Assembly: GCA_947629585.1 (NCBI GenBank)
Contig: CANREH010000022.1
Location: 1-36,826, forward strand
DNA length: 36,826 nt
Direction of reading: 5' to 3'
From: an uncultured Lachnospiraceae bacterium
GTDB taxonomy: Bacteria > Bacillota > Clostridia > Lachnospirales > Lachnospiraceae
Shown: in pieces, positions 18,343-27,290 of the stretch
Layout: each line of letters starts with the position of its first letter
Numbering within the stretch: position 1 is the first letter of the stretch
The notes under the pieces: generated by a model
The model's database searches: none
What the model was told of the DNA's origin: nothing
Seen by the model: only the letters and a program-made list of their open reading frames with translations
Program-made: the position numbers and the translations under genes

Positions 18343-19459
18343 TTTTTTGTATTTGAGCGAGGATGATATGATAGCGGCCGGAGTAAAGGATATGAAAGGC
18401 TGCGTGGAAGCGATGGAAGAAATGTTTAAACTTATGAAAATAGGGGATTACCGGATGGGAGGAGCCAACGGCAATTCTCACGGGAGCATGGTCTGTTTCC
18501 CGGAAAAATCCGAATTTCCGGAGATGCCGGTGGACGGCCCGGATCGAAGATTTATGGCGATGCCTGCGTATCTTGGCGGGAAGTTTGATATGGCGGGAAT
18601 GAAATGGTATGGTTCCAATGCAGAGAATAAAAAGAAAGGGCTTCCGCGATCTATTTTGATGCTGACATTGAATGATAAGGACACCGGCGCGCCGCTTGCC
18701 TTTATGTCCGCCAATATTCTTTCTGCCTATAGGACAGGAGCCGTGCCGGGGGTTGGATTTAAGACTTTTGCGAAAGAAGACGCTTCTGTAATCGGCATTA
18801 TCGGGCCGGGAGTGATGTCAAAAACAGCCCTTGCCGCGGCGATGTCCGTCCGCCCGTCGCTCAAAACGGTAAAAGTCAAAGGGCGTGGACAGGCATCATT
18901 GCAGAAATTTATGGATTATGTGAAAACGGAATATCCGGACGTGGAAGTATATGCCGTGGATTCGATAGAAGAGGCAGTCAGGGATTCTGATATTGTGTCA
19001 GCCTCGACATCGACGCCGACAGGGAATCCGGACCTTTATCCGTATATTGCGGAAGAATGGATTAAGCCGGGGGCGATTATTGAGTCTACGGCGGCTCTTC
19101 GGTTTGATGATGATTTTGTCATCAACAGGGCAAGGACCGTGACAGATAATATCAAGCTTTATGAGGCGTGGGAAGAGGAAATGAAACCGAATGCATATTA
19201 TACAGTGCCGATTCCGGCGGTAAAAGTGGAGGATTTAATAGCGGAAGGCAGGATGACGTCAGCCCAGATTGACGATCTTGGAGATGTGCTTATTGGAAAT
19301 ACGCCTGTCCACAGGAAAGAAGATGAAATTATTCTTTATTCTGTGGGCGGAATGCCGACGGAGGATGTTGCATGGGGAACGATGGTTTATAGAAATGCCC
19401 TTGCGAAAGGAATCGGCACAAAACTGAATCTGTGGGAAACACCGAAAATGATGGTGTAA
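18323..19459 (+). CDS. Ornithine cyclodeaminase / mu-crystallin family enzyme (candidate cyclodeaminase or Delta1-pyrroline/piperideine-2-carboxylate reductase)
   Basis: Rossmann motif ...VIGIIGPGVMSKTALAAAMSV... and OCD/mu-crystallin-like overall length (~380 aa). The ATG at 18323 is preceded by AAGGAGGAG. It overlaps the permease 3' end by 20 nt and is the last gene before the terminator. Confidence 0.75.
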   Translation: MAYPKVDFLYLSEDDMIAAGVKDMKGCVEAMEEMFKLMKIGDYRMGGANGNSHGSMVCFPEKSEFPEMPVDGPDRRFMAMPAYLGGKFDMAGMKWYGSNAENKKKGLPRSILMLTLNDKDTGAPLAFMSANILSAYRTGAVPGVGFKTFAKEDASVIGIIGPGVMSKTALAAAMSVRPSLKTVKVKGRGQASLQKFMDYVKTEYPDVEVYAVDSIEEAVRDSDIVSASTSTPTGNPDLYPYIAEEWIKPGAIIESTAALRFDDDFVINRARTVTDNIKLYEAWEEEMKPNAYYTVPIPAVKVEDLIAEGRMTSAQIDDLGDVLIGNTPVHRKEDEIILYSVGGMPTEDVAWGTMVYRNALAKGIGTKLNLWETPKMMV

Positions 19460-19482
19460 GATAATTGAAAAATCGGTAAAAC

Positions 19483-19524
19483 CCTCCGGATTGTGCGGGA
19501 GAGCATAATTCGGAGGTTTTTTTT
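19483..19524 (+). terminator. Rho-independent terminator of the dehydrogenase/permease/OCD operon
   Basis: CCTCCGGATT…AATTCGGAGG stem followed by TTTTTTTT. Confidence 0.7.
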
Positions 19525-19558
19525 ACGCGGCAATGAAAATTTTGCTGTATCTCATGGG

Positions 19559-19587
19559 TTGAAATTTTCCTTGTAATTAAGTATGAT
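19559..19587 (+). promoter_or_regulatory. Candidate sigma-A promoter for cbiMQO
   Basis: TTGAAA-N17-TATGAT, then GGAGGAG RBS and the ATG at 19623. Confidence 0.45.
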
Positions 19588-19622
19588 ATTTGATAAAATC
19601 AAGAAAAAAGGAGGAGATAGCG

Positions 19623-20624
19623 ATGCATATGGCGGATGCCTTAGTTTCCCCGGCAGCAGCCGGCACGATGTATGTCTGTTCGGCGGCAGCGGCGGCGTAT
19701 TCCATCAGGAAGGTAAGGCTTGATACAGACGCGAAAAAAGTTCCTGTCATGGGAGTGATGGGGGCATTTGTGTTTGCGGCGCAGATGATTAATTTTACGA
19801 TCCCGGGGACAGGATCGAGCGGGCATTTATGCGGTGGCATGTTATTGTCGGCGCTGCTCGGCCCTTATGCGGGATTTCTCGCCATGATCGGGGTGCTTTT
19901 CATTCAGTGCCTGCTGTTTGCGGACGGAGGGCTTTTAGCGCTTGGCTGTAATGTCTGGAACATGGCTTTTTACGGCTGTTTTATCGGCTCACTGCTGATA
20001 TGGAAACCGATGATGAAGCATGGAATTTCAAAGGCAAAGATCATAACAGCTTCTGTCGCAGGGTGCGTCCTGACGCTTCAGTTAGGGGCGTTTTCCGTGG
20101 TATTGGAAACGCTGGCTTCAGGAATTACGCAGCTGCCATTCGCTGCATTTCTTGCGGCAATGCAGCCGATCCATCTTGCCATCGGCCTGGTGGAAGGACT
20201 GATTACGGCGGCTGTGCTGGTATTTGTTTATGAGGCCAGGCCGGAACTTCTTTTTTGCAGCAGCGGGACGGAGAAAAAAGAAGGGCGGTTTTCTTTTGGG
20301 AAGACGCTGTTTATCCTTGCCGCGGCGACGGCGCTGACGGGAGGAGCGTTGTCCCTTGTGGCATCTTCCTATCCTGACGGGCTGGAATGGTCCATTGAAA
20401 AATTAACCGGCTCGACAGAGATGGAAGCAAAAGGGGATATTTATCAGGCGGCGGATCAGATACAGAAAGCCGTTTCCCTGATGCCGAATTATGCCCTGAA
20501 AGGTTCAGACGCTGCATGGGGGACAGCGGTTTCCGGTATTGTCGGCTGTGTTCTTGTGGTCGCAGTCTGTATCGGCGCCTGTTATTTATTAAAATTTTTT
20601 AGAAAGAAACATTCGTATGAGTAA
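19623..20624 (+). CDS. cbiM: ECF transporter substrate-capture component CbiM/NikM with fused C-terminal PDGLE domain
   Basis: N-terminal MHMADALVSP…, a multi-TM CbiM-like core, and a C-terminal ...SYPDGLEWSIEKLTG... PDGLE motif plus a terminal TM. The start at 19623 follows GGAGGAG. The tracked ORF starts at 19590. Confidence 0.7.
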   Translation: MHMADALVSPAAAGTMYVCSAAAAAYSIRKVRLDTDAKKVPVMGVMGAFVFAAQMINFTIPGTGSSGHLCGGMLLSALLGPYAGFLAMIGVLFIQCLLFADGGLLALGCNVWNMAFYGCFIGSLLIWKPMMKHGISKAKIITASVAGCVLTLQLGAFSVVLETLASGITQLPFAAFLAAMQPIHLAIGLVEGLITAAVLVFVYEARPELLFCSSGTEKKEGRFSFGKTLFILAAATALTGGALSLVASSYPDGLEWSIEKLTGSTEMEAKGDIYQAADQIQKAVSLMPNYALKGSDAAWGTAVSGIVGCVLVVAVCIGACYLLKFFRKKHSYE

Positions 20625-21429
20625 AATAGAACATGCGGTTCGTGATATCCATTTTATTACGGCGTCGGCATCCAGAGACCAGTGGGTGAATCTGATTCAT
20701 CCGCTGGTTAAATTTGCGTTGACGGCTGGTTATATCCTGGCAGTGGTGTCGTTCCCGAAATATGATCTGGCGGGGCTTGCAGGGATGGCGGTCTATCCGG
20801 CTGCCGTTTTTATTCTGGCGGATTTATCGTTTTTGGACGCTGTCCGGCGCATTTATCCAATCTTTCTTTTTCCCTGCCTGCTGGGGATCTGTAACCCCTT
20901 TTTTGATAAAAATACGATCCTGATTTTCGGGATGACAGTAAGTGCAGGAATCCTGTCCATGATGACATTGATAATAAAAGGGGTATTTACGGTGCTGGCG
21001 TCGTATCTTTTGATTGCCACAACGCCGATAGATAAACTTTGCTATGCGCTCCGTATGCTGCATATCCCGAAAGAAATGGTAACGCAGATTATGTTAACTT
21101 ACCGTTATCTTACTGTTTTGCTGGAGGAAGGAAATAGCATGATACAGGCGTATGCCCTGCGCGCTCCAAAGCAGAAGGGAATCCATGTTAAGGCATGGGG
21201 TTCCCTTGCGGGGCAATTACTTTTGCGCAGCGTGGATCGGGCGGAAGCCGTATACGAAAGTATGCTGCTGCGCGGTTATAATGGCGCTTATCTATACTTA
21301 AAAGAAAAGATTGCTTTTCGCAGGTGGGATGTGGTTTACGGCCTTTTTTGGGCAGGAGTGATACTGTTGTTTCGGAAGTACCCTGTTGTGCTGATAGCCG
21401 GGAATCTGGCGGGAGGAATGTTGGGATGA
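20617..21429 (+). CDS. cbiQ: ECF transporter transmembrane (T) component CbiQ
   Basis: 270-aa polytopic membrane protein between cbiM and cbiO. Its start overlaps the cbiM stop. Confidence 0.7.
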   Translation: MSKIEHAVRDIHFITASASRDQWVNLIHPLVKFALTAGYILAVVSFPKYDLAGLAGMAVYPAAVFILADLSFLDAVRRIYPIFLFPCLLGICNPFFDKNTILIFGMTVSAGILSMMTLIIKGVFTVLASYLLIATTPIDKLCYALRMLHIPKEMVTQIMLTYRYLTVLLEEGNSMIQAYALRAPKQKGIHVKAWGSLAGQLLLRSVDRAEAVYESMLLRGYNGAYLYLKEKIAFRRWDVVYGLFWAGVILLFRKYPVVLIAGNLAGGMLG

Positions 21430-22166
21430 AACAGGTGCGGATTGACGTGGAAAATCTATCCTTTGGATATGAGAAGGGACAGGATATTTTATCGCAGATT
21501 TCTTTCCATGCAGAAAAGCCGGAGTCCATCGGGCTGGTTGGCGCGAACGGAGTAGGAAAATCCACGTTTTTAAAATTGCTGGTGGGGCTTTTTCTTAGTT
21601 TTAGAGGTTCTATCCGGATAAATGATATTCCTGTGGAAAAAAGTACGCTGCCCCAGATCCGGGCGGCGGTTGGCTATGTCTTTCAGGATTCAGACAGCCA
21701 GTTATTTATGAATACGGTTTATGACGATATTGCGTTTGCGCCGAGAAATTATGGGCTGCCGGAAAAGGAAGTGCAGGAAAGGACGAAAGAGGCCATGAGC
21801 CTGACGGGAACCGGATCTTTGGAAAAAAGGCAGATTTATAAACTGTCCGGCGGGGAGAAGAAGCTGGTTTCCATAGCTACCGTTCTTTCCATGATGCCGG
21901 AGATTATTTTGATGGACGAGCCGTCCATCGCGCTTGACCCGAGAAACAGGAGAAACCTGATCGGTCTTTTAAATTCTTTTGGGCAGCTTAAAATCATCGC
22001 TTCCCACGATCTGGATTTTATTCTCGACACCTGCGGGAGAACGGTATTGATGGCGGAGGGGAAAATTATCTGCGATGGTCCGACAAAGGATATTCTTACG
22101 GACAGGGGACTGCTGGAAAAAAACGGGCTGGAGCTGCCGCTGAGTCTGCAGAAGAGAGAACTGTGA
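21426..22166 (+). CDS. cbiO: ECF transporter ATPase CbiO
   Basis: Walker A GANGVGKST, signature LSGGEKK, Walker B ILMDEPS. The ATG at 21426 overlaps the cbiQ stop (ATGA). The tracked ORF at 21324 starts inside cbiQ. Confidence 0.8.
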   Translation: MKQVRIDVENLSFGYEKGQDILSQISFHAEKPESIGLVGANGVGKSTFLKLLVGLFLSFRGSIRINDIPVEKSTLPQIRAAVGYVFQDSDSQLFMNTVYDDIAFAPRNYGLPEKEVQERTKEAMSLTGTGSLEKRQIYKLSGGEKKLVSIATVLSMMPEIILMDEPSIALDPRNRRNLIGLLNSFGQLKIIASHDLDFILDTCGRTVLMAEGKIICDGPTKDILTDRGLLEKNGLELPLSLQKREL

Positions 22167-22256
22167 GCAGTATGGCAGGCGGGAACATATTGTTTCAAAA
22201 AATCATTACTTTTTCAAGAAAAAGATGTTGATTTATGTAATTTGTTATGATATGAT

Positions 22257-22300
22257 AGGGATATATGAGTAGATATATACTCATATATCCCTGTTTTTTG
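22257..22300 (+). terminator. Rho-independent terminator after cbiO
   Basis: Perfect 15-bp palindrome AGGGATATATGAGTA-GATATA-TACTCATATATCCCT followed by GTTTTTTG. Confidence 0.65.
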
Positions 22301-22400
22301 CAAGAAATTGTTTTAGAAGTTCCTATAGATGACATACTTTGAAAATAGATAAGCTCAAAACAAAAGTGTGTATTACAAGTTTATTCTAAGAATAGCGATG

Positions 22401-22646
22401 TTAAAATTCATTTGTAATTCGATCGGGCGGGATATATTCAATCAGATCAGAGATATCACAGTCCAGAGCATAGCATAATCGCGCCAAAACAGCAATATCC
22501 AGACGTTGGACGTTGTTGTGCAGATAGGACTTAAGCTGTGTACGCTGCATTTCCGAGCGGAAAGCCAGCTTGTTGATACTGATGCCTTGTTCCTCCATGA
22601 TTTTGTCCAGATTGATGTGGATCTGTCCATATTCAATATCTTTCAT
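22401..22646 (-). CDS. XRE-family (Cro/cI-type) HTH transcriptional regulator, probably leaderless
   Basis: ...ISINKLAFRSEMQRTQLKSYLHNNVQRLDIAVLARLCYALDCDISDLIEY is an HTH_XRE fold. On the minus strand TGGTATAAT (extended -10) ends 4 nt before the ATG, with no RBS. Confidence 0.7.
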   Translation of the reverse strand: MKDIEYGQIHINLDKIMEEQGISINKLAFRSEMQRTQLKSYLHNNVQRLDIAVLARLCYALDCDISDLIEYIPPDRITNEF

Positions 22647-22670
22647 GTTTATTATACCAAAGGTCTTGGC

Positions 22671-22726
22671 GGCAGCTTCTTAAGGGGAGAAGCTGCCAGG
22701 GCATGGCAGCTTTGTTGTCTGCCATG
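22671..22726. promoter_or_regulatory. Two palindromes sharing a GGCAGC/GCTGCC core in the xre upstream region (candidate operators)
   Basis: GGCAGCTTCT-N7-AGAAGCTGCC (22671-22697) and CATGGCAG-N9-CTGCCATG (22702-22726). Further GCTGCC copies occur near 22778 and 22664. Confidence 0.3.
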
Positions 22727-22985
22727 ATTTGAAGTAATAGTTTCCATTAATAAAGATAACGTAATCAGAGTGAAAGCTGCCTTTGGTTTCTCCTTTCCTT
22801 ATGATTATCACTCTTGCTGGCAGGAGTTATCTTTAATAACGGTAGGATCTTACGTTTATAAGAAGATATGTAGGGATAAATAGATAAAGTATGATTTATA
22901 TGATAAGATAAATAACTGCGCCTTAAAATGAGTAAGAAATCAGGGGTAAATAAATATATTTTTATAAAAATAGAGGAACATAATA

Positions 22986-23399
22986 ATGAAAGTATTTAAA
23001 AATGTAAGAAAATTTGCTGTTGCATTTATAACGTTTATTTTAGTCATTGCGTTGCTGCCTGTAAAGCAATGCTGTGCAGATCGGTATTATTCAGGTTCTT
23101 ATGAGAAAAAACTGAATGGCACAAGGTATACTGTGTCTATGAATGAATATACATCTCCTGATTCTAAATATATAGGCTGTTTTTATGTATATCCATCAAA
23201 GAAAGGATTAGGAGGTTCTGTTTGTGATGGAGCGTTTTATAGAACGAAAAAGAATAAATACCGTTATGATGATAAATATGGTTCGGTTATTTTTTATGTG
23301 AAAAAGAACAAGTTGAAGGTAAAGGTTAAAGGATTGGTAGTAAAGAATTTTGATTTTTCAGGGACTTATAAATTGACGGAAAAGTATTGGCCATCGTGA
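22986..23399 (+). CDS. Hypothetical small secreted protein
   Basis: Signal-peptide-like N-terminus (MKVFKNVRKFAVAFITFILVIALLPV), Lys/Tyr-rich, RBS AGAGGAA. The local region is AT-rich. No recognizable domain. Confidence 0.45.
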   Translation: MKVFKNVRKFAVAFITFILVIALLPVKQCCADRYYSGSYEKKLNGTRYTVSMNEYTSPDSKYIGCFYVYPSKKGLGGSVCDGAFYRTKKNKYRYDDKYGSVIFYVKKNKLKVKVKGLVVKNFDFSGTYKLTEKYWPS

Positions 23400-23550
23400 T
23401 TATAGAAAATAGAAATAGGATATGTCTTAATTTAAATTTGCATCAGAAACTTGTGGGTAAGTTTTGAAATTTAAAAATAGGCAGAAAGAAGGTGATAATT
23501 TGAAATAAAATTTATTCATATGTAGCTAATATATGGGAGGAGTGAGGTGA

Positions 23551-25053
23551 ATGAAAAAAATAATAAGTTTTTTTACAATAGCAGTGATGATGGTTTTAGC
23601 ACTTTCTAATGATAGCGTAGATGCAGCCTGTAACCATGCAGCATATGGTGATTATTATACCTATACATCTTATATGCAGGCAGGCAGCAGTGGTCACTAT
23701 AAAATACATCATTTTAAAAGAATCTGCAAAAAATGTAAGAAGGTAATTAAAAAAGATGTTCAGGGGAATAAGACTTTGGTGAAGCATACCTTTTCAGGAA
23801 ACAAATGTACTGTCTGCGGTTATAGGAAGATTAGTACGGGCAGCGTGGGAAATCCCAGCAGCAGTGTTATTCCAAAGGTAAGCTATGGTTTTCATACCAA
23901 AGGGAACTATATCTTTGTCAATAATCCGGAAGCTATCAGGGACAATTATCTTTTGGATGTAGGAAAAGAATGGTTATACAGCACATCTTTTTCAGGGAGA
24001 GCCAGGGTGTTTGTCGAGCAGACGGCATGGAATGTAGAAGATATAAATTATGGGATTCAAATTTACAATCCCAATAATTATGAAATCACGGTGACTTTTT
24101 ATAAAGGGGCGGCTGCCATAGACGACTGGTCATATTCCAATGTATGGAAAACATTTGAAAACAGTGACTCTGGCTTTTCCGGCGTTACGGGAAATCCGGT
24201 AAGGATGTCTTTGTCTGCGTATGATTCCTGCTGGCTGTTCCCCGATGGGAATGGCGGCTTTGCTGTTCGGAAAACGGCCGGAACTTTACAGGAAACTTGT
24301 AGTAAAAATTATAAAGAAGTAAAAATTTCGTCTATTATAGAAGCCTTACTGGATTTGTATGCATCTTCTGATGTGTATATTAATTTTGCAGCCTTTAAAA
24401 ATTTTTATGATGTAAATATGGATCAGGTAAAATCTTATTCAGGGAATAAGAATCTGTTCCCTAGCGTTGATCAGAAAGTATACTCTGGGATTGGGTACAA
24501 ATATCCTTTAGCGTCCGCTTCTTTAAAGTGGATAGTTCGTGATTCTGACAGCGGAAATTTAAGAGTGAAACTGGATGACAATAAAAATTCCAATTATTGG
24601 GAAACATTTAACAGTCATACAGCATTGGATAACAGCCAGATTTTATCGGGAAGTGTCTATCCTCTGTATGTTCCGATAAAATATAATAATAGTGTTTTCA
24701 ATTACCTGATTGCCAAAAATACGACTGATCCGAGGTCAGGGCTTACATATAACTGGGCTGATTATGGGGTTATTTATCAGCAGATGGTAAGCATCACAAA
24801 TAAAGGAACGAAAGGAAGGACAGCGGTATATCGGTTATCATGGGACAGTTCAGACAAGGACAAAGAAAAGACAATTATTTACCATGATAATGACGGAGTC
24901 CAGAAGGTAATAAGGACGACAAAGTTAAAGGCAACGCAGGCAGATATTGAATCTGTATATATTCCTGCCGGGAAAACGGTTTCCTTTACTGTTGACGTTA
25001 CTTTGGGAGGAATGAGTAACGGGACGGTGGCGCATTCTGTTGTCCTGAAATAA
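23551..25053 (+). CDS. Hypothetical secreted 500-aa protein with an N-terminal Cys-rich (CxxC…CxxC) module and a beta-rich C-terminal region
   Basis: Strong RBS GGAGGAGTGAGGTGA. Signal peptide MKKIISFFTIAVMMVLALSNDSVDAA. CKKCKK…CTVCG pairs. No motif I can place in a known family. Confidence 0.6.
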   Translation: MKKIISFFTIAVMMVLALSNDSVDAACNHAAYGDYYTYTSYMQAGSSGHYKIHHFKRICKKCKKVIKKDVQGNKTLVKHTFSGNKCTVCGYRKISTGSVGNPSSSVIPKVSYGFHTKGNYIFVNNPEAIRDNYLLDVGKEWLYSTSFSGRARVFVEQTAWNVEDINYGIQIYNPNNYEITVTFYKGAAAIDDWSYSNVWKTFENSDSGFSGVTGNPVRMSLSAYDSCWLFPDGNGGFAVRKTAGTLQETCSKNYKEVKISSIIEALLDLYASSDVYINFAAFKNFYDVNMDQVKSYSGNKNLFPSVDQKVYSGIGYKYPLASASLKWIVRDSDSGNLRVKLDDNKNSNYWETFNSHTALDNSQILSGSVYPLYVPIKYNNSVFNYLIAKNTTDPRSGLTYNWADYGVIYQQMVSITNKGTKGRTAVYRLSWDSSDKDKEKTIIYHDNDGVQKVIRTTKLKATQADIESVYIPAGKTVSFTVDVTLGGMSNGTVAHSVVLK

Positions 25054-25100
25054 AAAGCAATTATTTTATATTGCTGGAAAATAAGATTAGGAGGATGAAA

Positions 25101-27131
25101 ATGAAAAAAATAACAAAATTTTTGGCGGTATCTTTTGCAGTATCTGCCATGGCATTGTGTTTCAATGCCACTGTCTTTGCACAGGAGAGGACGGACTTCA
25201 ATATCTAGGAAGGTGATTTAACCAACTATGCAGGGTCGGTTTCCAATGTAGAAATCCCGGAGGATGTGACCACGATTGGCAGCGGTGTATTTAAAAAGCA
25301 TGAGGAAATTGTAAGCGTTACAATCCCGAATGGGGTGACGACTATTGAAAGCGAAGCTTTTGAGGGTTGTACTAATCTGCAGAGTGTGGTATTGCCGGAC
25401 AGCGTTACTTATATCGGGGCGGAAGCTTTTTACGGCTGTAAGAATTTAGCTAATGTTACCTTATCAAATAGTCTGACCGGAATAGCTGACAAAGCATTTT
25501 ATAATTGCAGCGGACTGATTGGCATCAGTATACCCGGAAGTGTCACCAGTATAGGAAATTCTGCATTTTATGGATGTAAGAGTATGGGAAGCATTGAAAT
25601 CGGAAACGGAGTTCAGGATATTGGAAAATCGGCATTTTCAAATAATGATAAGGTTATTTCTGTCGTAATTCCTGACAGTGTAACAAACCTTGGCTCAGAA
25701 GCTTTTAATTCTTGTGATAGTTTGAAAAATTTTGTATTTTCAAAATCATTAACAATCATTCCACAGGAAGTATTAAGCTCTTGTAAGAAATTAGAAAAAT
25801 TAGAAATTCCGCAAGGGGTACAGATGCTAGAGAGGGGTATTGTGAGTTCATGTAATAATTTAAAATATCTGGCTATTCCCGACAGTGTAATATCTATGTC
25901 AACGCTTGGTTATTATTCGGAAACGCCAAATAAGGAATTATTTATTTATTGTAATGAAGGCTCTGTTGCTTATAATTATGCAGTAGAAAATGGTATTTTC
26001 TATAAACCATTGGAAAATTTCGCCAGTGATTCTTCCGGTAGTGGCAGCAGTTCTGGTGATACTAATACCGGGACGACAGGGGAAAATAATAATACACAGA
26101 CAGATCAAAACACAGGGAATAGTGCTGGTACAGGAGCAGATCAAAATACAGGAAATAATACAAATACGGAAACCAATCAGAATGCAGGAACCAATCAAAG
26201 TACTACCGGGACAGGCAGTAATAGCAATTCCAGTGAAAGTACCACGGAAAAGAAAGAAGTTACAGTACAAAATATTACCTGTGTTAATAGGTGCTGTATT
26301 AAAGTAAAATTTTCTGATGAAAAAGAAACTTATATAACAGTGTCGAAGTTACAGCAGGGTATTAATAGTATTTCTTTTAAATATGATGGGAAAAATTATA
26401 CAGGAATGGTTGATTGTAATGTAGGTTTCTTATCAGTAACATCCATTAAAGCAGTTGGAGATAATTTAGTACAGATTACATATAGCGGACAATTTGCCAA
26501 AGATAAGAATGGGGCTGATATTCTGCCAAAGTTTACCGTTGTTGGATTGGCCACAGCAAAAGTAACAAAAACAGATGGAAGTATTGTGCTGCAGTTAAAT
26601 GGAACTACATATGAAAATGCAGAATATTTGTTGCAGGCAGATTATGAAGAAGGTTTCCTTGGTTTTGCTCAGACTTCTTTTAGAAGTTATAAAAAAGAAG
26701 AAGTAATAAATGAACTTGTTAATAATTCTAATAACGCAAATAATACAAATAGTACAAATAATACAACATTACCTTCTGACTGGGATCCTGTGGATGACAG
26801 TAACCAGCAGAATTCTTATGGAAATAGTGATAATGATTATTCAAATGATAATTCTGTAACAGGATGGGATGACAGTGAGGAAGAAATTCCTGTCAAAAAG
26901 AATCCAAAATTAAGCAAGAAAAGTAAAACAATCAAAAAAGGCAAGACTTTTATGTTGTATTTGAAAAAGACAACATTTAATGCGAAATGGAAAACAAGTA
27001 ATAAAAAGATTGCCAAAATAACATATAAAAGCGGAAAATATGTAAGGATTAAAGGCAGGAAAAAAGGCACGGCTTATATTACGGCGTCTGTAGATGGCAA
27101 GCTTTTGAGATGTAAAGTAAAAGTAAAATAA
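25101..27131 (+). CDS. BspA-type leucine-rich-repeat (LRR_5) surface protein with a Thr/Asn/Gly/Gln-rich linker and a C-terminal Big_2 (Ig-like) domain. The signal peptide (25101-25205) is separated from the LRR body by an in-frame TAG at 25206-25208; the tracked ORF begins at GTG 25266.
   Basis: MKKITKFLAVSFAVSAMALCFNATVFA-QE... signal peptide. After the TAG the same frame continues EGDLTNYAGSVSNVEIPEDVTTIGSGVF..., which already follows the repeat pattern (IP-DVT-IG--AF--C). The repeats then continue for about 9 units. C-terminal ...KKGKTFMLYLKK...KWKTSNKKIAKITYKSGKYVRIKGRKKGTAYITASV... resembles Big_2. Confidence 0.65.
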
Positions 27132-27149
27132 GGAAAGTATTAAAAAAAT

Positions 27150-27192
27150 AGTCTTTTGCTTTTGTGTAATAAAAAGCAGAAGGCTATTTTTC
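27150..27192 (+). terminator. Rho-independent terminator after the LRR gene
   Basis: AGTCTTTTGCTTTT / AAAAGCAGAAGGCT stem (14 bp including two G-U pairs), loop GTGTAATA, then ATTTTTC. Confidence 0.45.
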
Positions 27193-27290
27193 ATTTATGC
27201 GGGAAAAATTTGTAAAGTGTGTTCTATTTTACTTTTTTATAAAAAATTCCGCAAAAATTATTTTGTGGACTGTTTTCTTTGAAAACTATT

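Noticed and set aside
19460-19622. Possible cobalamin riboswitch upstream of cbiM
   Set aside because: Only about 100 nt remain once the upstream terminator and the promoter are accounted for. That is too short for a B12 element, and no conserved B12-box-like sequence was seen.
25206-25208. Pyrrolysine or amber reassignment as the explanation for the in-frame TAG
   Set aside because: TAG terminates at least one ordinary gene in the window (1534-1536). No pyl genes are present here. A nonsense mutation, a sequencing error or local read-through is more parsimonious. Genome-wide data would be needed to revisit this.
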